From Anaerolineales bacterium (lineage in GTDB: Bacteria; Chloroflexota; Anaerolineae; Anaerolineales; Villigracilaceae), in NCBI GenBank assembly GCA_035463495.1, contig DATHTH010000137.1, positions 418-64,417 on the forward strand: DNA of 64,000 nucleotides, written 5' to 3'. Positions within the stretch are counted from its first letter, which is position 1. The number at the start of each line of letters is the position of its first letter. The notes beneath the pieces were generated by a model. The model saw only the letters and a program-made list of their open reading frames with translations. It did no database searches and was not told the origin of the DNA. This document shows positions 56,247-64,000 of the stretch, in pieces. The position numbers were made by a program, and so were the translations under genes.

Positions 56247-56741
56247 ATGGCTTCGAAAATGCAAACGCTGGAAGATTTGTATACCGATTTGCTGAAGGAT
56301 CTGTACAGTGCAGAAAAGCAGCTGGTCAAGGCGTTGCCCAAGATGGCAAAGAACGCCGGCTCGGCGGATCTGCAGAAAGCGTTTCAGGAGCACCTGAAAC
56401 AGACCGAACGACAGGCCGAGCGGATCGAGCGCATCTTTACCGAGATGGGCGGTTCCCCACGCGGCAAGAAGTGTGTCGGCATGGAAGGCTTGATCGAAGA
56501 AGGCAATGAGATCCTGAAAGAAGATGCCGAACCACAGGTCCTGGATGCCGGTTTGATCGCCGCAGCTCAGAAGGTGGAGCACTATGAGATCGCCGGCTAC
56601 GGCACGGCGCGCGCCTGGGCTGAGCGCCTGGGTTATGACAAAGCCGCCCGACTGCTGCAGGAAACCCTGGATGAGGAATCCATGGCGAATGAAAAGCTGA
56701 CCCAGATCGCTGAGAGCCACGTGAACATGGAGGCGCAGTAG
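56247..56741 (+). CDS. yciF: Ferritin-like YciF/DUF892 stress protein
   Basis: LKDLYSAEKQL..LPKMA, MEGLIEEG and AAAQKVEHYEIAGYG motifs. Confidence 0.93.
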   Translation: MASKMQTLEDLYTDLLKDLYSAEKQLVKALPKMAKNAGSADLQKAFQEHLKQTERQAERIERIFTEMGGSPRGKKCVGMEGLIEEGNEILKEDAEPQVLDAGLIAAAQKVEHYEIAGYGTARAWAERLGYDKAARLLQETLDEESMANEKLTQIAESHVNMEAQ

Positions 56742-56749
56742 TAAGCAGC

Positions 56750-57505
56750 ATGCCACTATTTGATGGCAAAGTTGCACTTGTGACAGGCGGCGGCTCGGGG
56801 ATCGGGCAGGCTGCCTGTCATTTATATGCGCGCGAAGGGGCGAAAGTGGTTGTCTCTGATATTGACGAGAAGGGCGGTGCAGAGGTTGTACGTACCATCC
56901 AGGACATGGCAGGAGAAGCCACCTTCATTAGGGCTGATATATCCCGTCCGGAGGATTGCCAGGCGATGGTCCAGGCGGCGTTGGACAGATTCGGCCGCCT
57001 GGATATCGCATTTAATAACGCAGGGATCGGCGGTGAGGCGAACCTGACCGCCGATTACAGTGTTGAAGGCTGGCAAAAGGTTATAGATATTAACCTGTCT
57101 GGAGTGTTCTATTGTACGAAATACGAAGTCCCGGCCATGCTGCAATCCGCGGGCGGCGCTATTGTCAACATGGCTTCCGTGCTGGGACAGGCTGCCTTCG
57201 CCCAATCGCCGGCCTATGTGGCAGCAAAACATGGAGTAGTGGGGCTGACGAAGACGACCGCCGTAGAGTATGGGAATCAGGGGATCCGCGTGAATGCCGT
57301 CGGGCCCGGCTTCATCCGCACGCCGTTGATTTCTAATCTGGAGGAAGATCAGCAGATTCGCGACTATCTCGTCTCCCTTCACCCGATGGGGCGCCTTGGA
57401 GAATCGGAAGAAGTGGCAGAGCTGGTAATCTGGCTAAGCTCGGACAAGGCTTCTTTCGTCAATGGGGCGTATTATGCGGTGGATGGCGGGTACCTGGCGC
57501 GTTGA
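56750..57505 (+). CDS. Short-chain dehydrogenase/reductase
   Basis: TGGGSGIG, NNAG and YVAAK motifs. Confidence 0.95.
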   Translation: MPLFDGKVALVTGGGSGIGQAACHLYAREGAKVVVSDIDEKGGAEVVRTIQDMAGEATFIRADISRPEDCQAMVQAALDRFGRLDIAFNNAGIGGEANLTADYSVEGWQKVIDINLSGVFYCTKYEVPAMLQSAGGAIVNMASVLGQAAFAQSPAYVAAKHGVVGLTKTTAVEYGNQGIRVNAVGPGFIRTPLISNLEEDQQIRDYLVSLHPMGRLGESEEVAELVIWLSSDKASFVNGAYYAVDGGYLAR

Positions 57506-57556
57506 TACTCTTCCGTAAAATATCAGCGCTTGATAGTAAAGGACGGAGCGAGACTC

Positions 57557-58159
57557 ATGAATGATCATATCGGTGGTTTGTTCCAAACACAGGAAAGTGC
57601 AAACCTGGCCTACGAATCCCTCCATAAAGCAGGTTTCCTCACGGAAAAGATTCATATGTTCGTGCATAGACCGCCCCGGGAGGTTGCCCGTTCCATGGAG
57701 GTTCCTATTCAGGAGATTGCAAGGGTCGCTTTCACTGGCGCGCTGATTCTAGGCGCGATCGGCGGCTTTATCGGCTGGCTTGTGGGGAACGGTACTCTTT
57801 CTCTTCCATATCTTGAACCCGGTTCCGCACCGCGTGATCCGCTCTTCGTGTTTATGTCCGTGGTATGGGGGTTGATCACAGGTGGTCTGACCGGGGCGAT
57901 TCTAGGTGTGGCATCCAGGCTGCTCCGCTCGAAAGAAAAAGCCGAGGTGATGACCACTGCGATCGAAAAGCGCGGTGTACTGATCACCGTAGACCTGGAT
58001 GGTGGGCATCCCGAGAGTAGCGCCCGACGGCTGATGGAAGAACACGGTGCGGTGGAGATAGGAAACCCATTTGAGAAGTGGGATCCCGATGCCTGGTGGA
58101 GTCCAAACAGTCCGAATGGGAATCAGGTCTCGCTGAGAAGTCTGAAGGAGATACGCTGA
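57557..58159 (+). CDS. General-stress-type membrane protein (glycine-zipper TM hairpin in a ferredoxin-like split domain)
   Basis: IGGLF...A..AYESL..AGF; GALILGAIGG..GG glycine zipper; GVLITV. Confidence 0.6.
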   Translation: MNDHIGGLFQTQESANLAYESLHKAGFLTEKIHMFVHRPPREVARSMEVPIQEIARVAFTGALILGAIGGFIGWLVGNGTLSLPYLEPGSAPRDPLFVFMSVVWGLITGGLTGAILGVASRLLRSKEKAEVMTTAIEKRGVLITVDLDGGHPESSARRLMEEHGAVEIGNPFEKWDPDAWWSPNSPNGNQVSLRSLKEIR

Positions 58160-58356
58160 GATCAGACGGATGCTCAATTGAGCATTCGTTTTTATTTGTA
58201 CGTGGAATGGGGTCAAGGCTATCTTTACATGCAGAATACAAACGTCCCTTTTTGGAAAAGTATAAAAGAATAATCGCCCCCTTCCTCAGCAAACGCTTAG
58301 ACCGGACGCGAGTGCCTCTTCATAACCGGATGAACTTCGAATCGTTAAAATTCAAT

Positions 58357-58422
58357 AAGGGAAATCCCTATGACCCCTGTAGTTACTTCCCTGTTATAGG
58401 GAAGCCACGCGAATGATATAGT
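58357..58422 (+). promoter_or_regulatory. Motif B promoter of ABC operon
   Basis: Distal AAGGG-AAAT-CCCTA 58357-58370, 46 nt upstream of extended -10 TGaTATAGT (58414-58422); proximal site degenerate. Confidence 0.55.
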
Positions 58423-58538
58423 TACCGCGCGGGTAATAAACAAACGCCACAGGTGCGCATCAAATGTACGCGACGGCGGCATCAATCTTAACTTCGCCGC
58501 TTTCGCCGCCAGAGAAACTTTCGCAAAGACAGGAAAAA

Positions 58539-59522
58539 ATGAATACACCACAAGATAAACAAACGACCTCGTATGTAGTTGAAGCACAGGAGCTCACCAA
58601 AACGTTTGGCAGTGAAGTAGCTGTTAATAATCTCAGTATGCGCGTCCCACGCGGGTCGATTTTTGGTTTTATTGGTCCCAGTGGCTGTGGAAAAACCACC
58701 ACGGTGCGTCTGCTCACCGGCGTGCATTCACCGACCTCCGGTCAGGTCAGGGTGCTTGGCAAGGATCCGGTGCAGTTTACGAAATCAGACCGGGAACGGA
58801 TCGGCTATCTCATTCAGAACTTTGTGCTGTACCCGGAGCTCACGGTTTGGGAAAACTTGAATTTTGCCGGGTCCTTTTATGGCGTCTCTCTGATGGGCAG
58901 ATCCCGCCGGCTGAATCATCTACTGGAGTTTGTTGAGCTAACGGAAGATAGGAACAAGCGTGCCAGTGCGCTCTCAGGCGGGATGAAGAGACGCCTCAGC
59001 CTGGCAGCCACCATGGTGCATAACCCGGAGCTGCTGTTCCTGGATGAGCCCACTGCAGGTATTGATCCCATTCTCCGGCGCAAATTCTGGGATTATTTTA
59101 AAGAGCTGCAGAAGGAAGGCGATACGCTGTTCATTACCACCCAGTATGTAGGCGAAGCGGCATACTGCGATCTGGTAGGCGTGATGTATGACGGCAACCT
59201 GTTGATGGTGGAAACCCCCGAGAGCCTGCGCAAAAAAGCCTTCGGGGGCGAGATCGTCAGCATCAAAACGTCGGAATGGATCCGATATGAAGACCGGAAG
59301 AAGCTGGAAAACCTACCTTTCGTGCAGGGCAAGATCAAGGTCATCAACGATTCCGAAATCGAGGTCATCGTGGATGAAGCCAGCACAGCTATGCCGGCAT
59401 TGATCGAAGCCAGTAGGGCTGCCCGGATCAACATCGAGACCATCGAAGAGATCATCCCGCCTTACGACGATGTATTTGTCCGCATCATCGAAATGGAGAC
59501 CGCCAATGTCGAGACTGTTTAA
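58539..59522 (+). CDS. ABC transporter ATP-binding protein
   Basis: GPSGCGKTT, LSGGMKRR, LFLDEP and TTQ motifs. Confidence 0.95.
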   Translation: MNTPQDKQTTSYVVEAQELTKTFGSEVAVNNLSMRVPRGSIFGFIGPSGCGKTTTVRLLTGVHSPTSGQVRVLGKDPVQFTKSDRERIGYLIQNFVLYPELTVWENLNFAGSFYGVSLMGRSRRLNHLLEFVELTEDRNKRASALSGGMKRRLSLAATMVHNPELLFLDEPTAGIDPILRRKFWDYFKELQKEGDTLFITTQYVGEAAYCDLVGVMYDGNLLMVETPESLRKKAFGGEIVSIKTSEWIRYEDRKKLENLPFVQGKIKVINDSEIEVIVDEASTAMPALIEASRAARINIETIEEIIPPYDDVFVRIIEMETANVETV

Positions 59523-60825
59523 ATTCCTGATCCGCATCTCATCCTTCGTCAGCAAGGAATTGACAGAAATCCTGCGCCAGCCGAGGCTGGTGCTGACCCT
59601 GGTATTCGGTCCGTTTTTGATCATGTTCCTGTTCGGTCTCGCCTATCCCGAACAAAACCGTACCTTGAGAACCACTTTTGTCACTGAGGACCCCGGTTCT
59701 CTCGAAGGGGATATGCAATTATTCACCGGCACGGTCAGCCCGGTGATCGATAATCAGGGTGTGGAAAACAATCGAGAGCTGGCGCTGGCAAAATTAGCTC
59801 TCAATCAGACGGATCTCGTGATCGTTATCCCCGAGAGCCCCTTTGAGACGGTTCAAAGCAACCAACAGGCGCAGTTCACAATCTACCATAATGAAGTGGA
59901 CCCCTTCCAGATTGCCTATATTCAATCGGCTGCCAGAATTTATGTGGATGAAGTCAACCGGAGTCTCCTGCAGGAGGTCACCGAGCAGGGGCAGGCGGAT
60001 GCCGGGGATGTGCAGGCTAGCCTGCAAAATGCGCTCGCCAGGACCCAGGCGATCAAGAGCGTGCTTCCTCCGGGAGATCCGAATGAGGCTGAGATCAACG
60101 AGCTGGAGTCCGATCTCACAACTGCGGATGAGCAATTGACCACCTTCCGGTCGGTAAGCGCGCCTGTGCTTGTCAATCCCTTCGCGGCGGAGACCACATC
60201 TCTTTCGAATATTATCTTTACGCCCACGGAGTTCTTTGCTCCGGCAGTGATCGTCCTGCTTCTGCAGCACTTATCCATCACGTTTGCCTCGCTATCCATC
60301 GTACGCGAGCGCCGCTCGGGTATTGTCGAGCTGTTTCGGGTGTCCCCCATCAGCGCCTTCGAAACACTGATCGGAAAGTATCTAAGTTATCTGATCCTCG
60401 AGATTCTGCTCGCCGGTGTGATCACTGTCCTGGCAGTCTGGCTTTTGAGGGTGCCCATGTTTGGAGACTGGATCAATTATGCTGCGGCTGTGATCGTCCT
60501 GCTCTTTACTGCTCTGGGTGTTGGCTTCCTGATCTCCCTGATATCTGAGACGGACACCCAGGCTGTCCAGTATTCGATGCTGCTGCTCCTGGGGAGCATC
60601 TTCTTCAGCGGGTTTTTCCTGGACCTGCGTCTGATCTGGGAGCCCATGAAAGCTGTAGCCTGGTCTCTGCCGGCGACGTACGGGATCCGCATGCTGCAAG
60701 ATATTATGCTGCGCGGAGCCGAGGCGCCGACCATTCTCCTGTATGGCCTGGCGCTGATCGGGATCGGTCTCTTTATTCTGGACTGGCTGATTTTGCGGCG
60801 CCGGATGGATGGTCAGGAGTCCTGA
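59506..60825 (+). CDS. ABC-2 type permease with extracellular helical insert
   Basis: KELTEILRQPR, RERRSGIVELF and FFSGFF..LPATYG motifs. Confidence 0.88.
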   Translation: MSRLFKFLIRISSFVSKELTEILRQPRLVLTLVFGPFLIMFLFGLAYPEQNRTLRTTFVTEDPGSLEGDMQLFTGTVSPVIDNQGVENNRELALAKLALNQTDLVIVIPESPFETVQSNQQAQFTIYHNEVDPFQIAYIQSAARIYVDEVNRSLLQEVTEQGQADAGDVQASLQNALARTQAIKSVLPPGDPNEAEINELESDLTTADEQLTTFRSVSAPVLVNPFAAETTSLSNIIFTPTEFFAPAVIVLLLQHLSITFASLSIVRERRSGIVELFRVSPISAFETLIGKYLSYLILEILLAGVITVLAVWLLRVPMFGDWINYAAAVIVLLFTALGVGFLISLISETDTQAVQYSMLLLLGSIFFSGFFLDLRLIWEPMKAVAWSLPATYGIRMLQDIMLRGAEAPTILLYGLALIGIGLFILDWLILRRRMDGQES

Positions 60826-61985
60826 AAATAATCAGAGGTCCTGCTGACCAGGGCATGGAGCCGGTCTGCCAGCCTGAGGCTTTCGCGGTGGCGAGACCTT
60901 TGCAGACGCCTTTTCAATTCGAAAAGGCGTTTTCCTATCTCGGCGACCTGGCTGGACACTTCGCTGGAGAAGGCCGGTGTTGCAAAGGAATAAAGATGCT
61001 GGAAGGAGATCTGGAAAGCCACCGCCAGAGGCGGCGCCAGCACCACGCCAATAAAGCCGAATGCATCTGCCAGCGCTACTACAAACAGAATGACCAGCAG
61101 CGAGCTATATTTGTAGCGGGGAAAGAACCGAGGCTCGATGACCAGTGAAAGCGTGAGCAAAATGCCGACAGTATAGATTGTGGCCAGAACTCCGAGGGTC
61201 GAGGAAATCCCGATCCCAATGACCAGTGCCGGAATCACCGCAATTAAAGCTCCGAACCACGGGATCAACCGGACAATAGCCCCAAACAACGCCAATAAGA
61301 TTGGATACCGGATACCCAGCACAGAATATCCCAGCCACAGGAGCAATCCTGCCATGACGCTCTGGACAAGCTCGCTTCGTAAGTACTCCCCCACACCCGT
61401 CTCCATCGATCTCCAAACATGCAAAGCCTTCGGATGGTGCTCGTCCGGGATCAGCGAAAGAGCCAGCCGTTCGAACCGGAACTGGTCGGCGCTCCAGTAC
61501 AGGCTCAGGACGAGCACAATCGCAATCTGACCCAGGATCGAGAAAAAGTTCTGCGCCATGGTCACGACTCCCGTCAGCACCGGGACCCCGCTGTTACTTG
61601 TCAACGCCTGATAGAAGTCGGCGGAGGGAGGCAATTGTTCCGCCAGAGTTTGCTGGAAGAGACTTCCACTCTCAGGCCACTGTGCCTTCGCGCGATCGTA
61701 GCCTAACACAAAATCATCGGTTGCCCGTTGCAGTTCGTCGAGCAAAGGCGGGCCAACCATCCAGATGGAGCTGGCAAGGGCAGCCACCAGCAAGAAATAG
61801 ACAAATCCCAGCGCCAGTCGTTTGGGAACCTTCCTTCCGGTAATCGTGCTGATGAGGGGACGCAGCGAGGCAGCCACTGCCAGCGACAGGAAAAACAAAA
61901 GGATTGCAATACTGAACTGCCAGAGCAGGAGCAGAACAATCAGGGTTATGACAACAACAATGGTATACCGGACAATCCGGATCAT
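60813..61985 (-). CDS. AI-2E family transporter
   Basis: LFFLSLAVAASLRP, RLIPWFG and GFIGVVLAPP patterns. Confidence 0.85.
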   Translation of the reverse strand: MIRIVRYTIVVVITLIVLLLLWQFSIAILLFFLSLAVAASLRPLISTITGRKVPKRLALGFVYFLLVAALASSIWMVGPPLLDELQRATDDFVLGYDRAKAQWPESGSLFQQTLAEQLPPSADFYQALTSNSGVPVLTGVVTMAQNFFSILGQIAIVLVLSLYWSADQFRFERLALSLIPDEHHPKALHVWRSMETGVGEYLRSELVQSVMAGLLLWLGYSVLGIRYPILLALFGAIVRLIPWFGALIAVIPALVIGIGISSTLGVLATIYTVGILLTLSLVIEPRFFPRYKYSSLLVILFVVALADAFGFIGVVLAPPLAVAFQISFQHLYSFATPAFSSEVSSQVAEIGKRLFELKRRLQRSRHRESLRLADRLHALVSRTSDYFQDS

Positions 61986-63256
61986 ATGGTTTCACCCTCT
62001 TTTTTCATCTGGCTCAGCACCTGGTTTAGCTCTTCTGCCAGATTATAAATTTCCAGCCGATCTTCTTCTGGTAGGTCGCGAAATGCCGGGTTCTTGTTGG
62101 AAGTCTCATAGATGGTCTGCATCAATGTCTGACTCTCGTTGATCAGCGTTTGAATCTGGACTTCCCGGTTCTGCACCTGTTTGGCTGACTCGGCGGCCGT
62201 CAGGACCGCCCGACTCACCATGAGCTGAATAATGGCGGCGAGCGGCAAGGCCAGCAGCGCGCCCGCAAAGCCAAACACGGAGCTGAATGCGATCAACGAC
62301 AGAAGCACAACAATTGGATTCACCCCCATCGAGCTTTTCATAATCCGTGGCACCAGGACGGCATTTTCCAGCAATTGGATGACAATGGTGGCTACGACCA
62401 CCCAGACTGCCTTCCCCGGATCTACAGAGAGAGCTACCAGAAGTGCGGGGATCGCTCCCAGCGCAGGACCAAATATCGGCACGAGCTCCATCACCCCGGC
62501 AAAGACAGCTAACACCAGTGTGTAAGGAAGACCAATGAGAGCATAAGCGATAAAGGCTGCCAGCCCGACGGCAACGCAAAGGAGCCCCTGTCCTCGCACA
62601 TATCCCCCGATCTTTGACTCAGCGAGCTGTACAAATTCCCGTATGCGTTTTCGGCGCTGTTGAGGGAAGACGCGCAGCATGGCTCGCATGATAAGATTGC
62701 CCTCCTGCGTCCAATAGTAAGCAAGCAGAAAAACAGCGAGGACAGCTAAAAGCCCCCTCATGACGATATTGGTATAAAAGATAGCCTGGGTGACCTGGGT
62801 AATCACCTCGTCTTCTTCTTCACTGCTGGCAAACCTGGTCCCGAGCAGAGATAGTTGGGAAGGGAAACGCCAGCCAATATTTTGCAGCAGGCGATTACTA
62901 GAATTGATCAACCCGCTTCGCAGTTCCGTGTAGTATTCCGGTAAAGTGCGGGAGATCTCCGTGGCTTGTTCGGCAAGCAGCGGCAGGATCATTGCCAGGA
63001 AGCCTACCAGCAGACCTGCAATCAGCAGATAAATAATGATGATCCCCAGTGACCGTGGGATCCCGCGCCGGTGCAGCCACTCAACGCCGGGACGAATCGC
63101 CGTCCCGATGAGAACTGCAATGAAGAAAAGAAAAAGAACAACCCGCAGGCTATACAACAGCCAGAACGTTAAAAACACGCAGACCACGAAGACAGTTGCA
63201 AGAACAACTTGACTTGTGGTCCACGTTGCTACTCCTTCAGAAGGAGAGGATTTCAT
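61982..63256 (-). CDS. AI-2E family transporter
   Basis: ELVPIFGPALGAIP, QLLENAVLVPRIM and GFAGALLALP motifs. Confidence 0.92.
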   Translation of the reverse strand: MKSSPSEGVATWTTSQVVLATVFVVCVFLTFWLLYSLRVVLFLFFIAVLIGTAIRPGVEWLHRRGIPRSLGIIIIYLLIAGLLVGFLAMILPLLAEQATEISRTLPEYYTELRSGLINSSNRLLQNIGWRFPSQLSLLGTRFASSEEEDEVITQVTQAIFYTNIVMRGLLAVLAVFLLAYYWTQEGNLIMRAMLRVFPQQRRKRIREFVQLAESKIGGYVRGQGLLCVAVGLAAFIAYALIGLPYTLVLAVFAGVMELVPIFGPALGAIPALLVALSVDPGKAVWVVVATIVIQLLENAVLVPRIMKSSMGVNPIVVLLSLIAFSSVFGFAGALLALPLAAIIQLMVSRAVLTAAESAKQVQNREVQIQTLINESQTLMQTIYETSNKNPAFRDLPEEDRLEIYNLAEELNQVLSQMKKEGETI

Positions 63257-63615
63257 GGTTCCAGGCGAATCACCGTCCCGGTTGAATCCACACGATACCG
63301 ATATTCCTGGTTATCGATGCTAAAGGTCAGTAACCAACCGGGAGTAATCACTTCTGCGCACACTTCATCGCCTTCCGGCAGACCCAGGCAACTATTCGGC
63401 CAGTCCATCTTTGCCACATCCTGAATTTGAATGCTCTCGAGCGGCACAGCCAGGGTTTCGCTGATCTGGTTTTGAACGTTCAGAGCAACATCTGGGGGTA
63501 AGACGTCCTCCATCGCCGGATCTACCTGGGTAGCCACCGCATTGGGCTGGTTGGCACTGCAGGCGCCAAGAACCAGCGCAGCGCCCAGCAGTGCCACGAT
63601 CCACTGTCTATTCAT
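63253..63615 (-). CDS. Small hypothetical lipoprotein
   Basis: Lipobox LGAC; W.NSCLG.P....CA.VITPGW motif with a likely disulfide. Confidence 0.75.
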   Translation of the reverse strand: MNRQWIVALLGAALVLGACSANQPNAVATQVDPAMEDVLPPDVALNVQNQISETLAVPLESIQIQDVAKMDWPNSCLGLPEGDEVCAEVITPGWLLTFSIDNQEYRYRVDSTGTVIRLEP

Positions 63616-63618
63616 TAA

Positions 63619-63771
63619 TTAGAACCAGCCGAACAGCAATCCAAGGATAACCAGAAGTAACAGAAGACCGACGATCCCGCTGCCGCCATAGCCCCAGCTC
63701 CGGCTGTGAGGCCAGACAGGCAACGCACCCAGAAGCAACAAAACCAGAATGATAATAAGAATGGTACTCAT
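63619..63771 (-). CDS. DUF3309 family small membrane protein (missed by track)
   Basis: MSTILIIILVLLLLGALPVWPHSRSWGYGGSGIVGLLLLLVILGLLFGWF*; AAGGAG RBS. Confidence 0.88.
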   Translation of the reverse strand: MSTILIIILVLLLLGALPVWPHSRSWGYGGSGIVGLLLLLVILGLLFGWF

Positions 63772-63807
63772 CTGCTTTCTCCTTTTTGTAAGATAATTAT
63801 TTTAGCA

Positions 63808-63834
63808 CCCGAGGGGAGAAAATCTCCCCTCGGG
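63808..63834. terminator. 12-bp perfect hairpin between csbD and DUF3309
   Basis: CCCGAGGGGAGA-aaa-TCTCCCCTCGGG; no strong U-tract, so it may be a stabilising stem or binding site. Confidence 0.45.
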
Positions 63835-63864
63835 CAGACGATTCTGAGGGCTACAGCTCGTCAA

Positions 63865-63999
63865 TTACATCCGGCGATTCACATCCTCATCCCAATGGCT
63901 GAGGAAGTCGTCGATCTCGCGCTCGGCTTCAAGCTCTGTATAACCATAGCGCTCCTGAAGCTTCCCGGCAAGCTTATCGCGCTTTCCGGAGATCTGCTC
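63865..63999 (-). CDS. csbD: CsbD/YjbJ stress protein, C-terminal part (5' end outside window)
   Basis: EQISGKRDKLAGKLQERYGYTELEAEREIDDF. Confidence 0.88.
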   Translation of the reverse strand, partial: EQISGKRDKLAGKLQERYGYTELEAEREIDDFLSHWDEDVNRRM

Positions 64000-64000
64000 G

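Overview
GC-rich bacterial chromosomal window. Its gene style suggests Anaerolineae/Chloroflexota, which is inference only. It has four blocks. (1) 230-16846: a minus-strand accessory array of envelope and detox genes (3 CPBP proteases, serine hydrolase, M55 peptidase, nitroreductase, GNATs, LiaF-like protein, ABC exporter). Seven intergenic gaps carry one promoter architecture (motif A): ACTGTCC-N4-GGACAGT-N4/5-ACTCCCC-N8-GGGGAGT-N17-TAnnnT. (2) 17093-38898: a plus-strand signalling island with a 7-PAS kinase, a 2823-aa 11-PAS/5-GAF hybrid kinase, REC-HisKA_3, NarL-type RR, REC-HD-GYP, an orphan NMT1/THI5 binding protein next to a HAMP/PAS kinase, a stand-alone 7TM protein and Rcp1-like receivers. 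(3) 38968-41041: a few accessory genes plus a pseudogene. (4) 41333-64000: USP, a cyclic beta-1,2-glucan synthase-like giant protein and a cluster of classic general-stress genes (PRC-barrel, YtxH, F420 LLM, YihY, DUF421 x2, YciF, SDR, AI-2E x2, DUF3309, CsbD). Promoters in blocks 2 and 4 share a second motif (motif B): TAGGN-N6-CCCAT exactly 22 nt upstream of a -10 box, often with a distal TAGGG-N4-CCCTA. A pseudo-receiver NarL regulator sits in the cluster. No rRNA, tRNA, CRISPR array, integrase or transposase was recognised. All calls were made by eye with no database searches.
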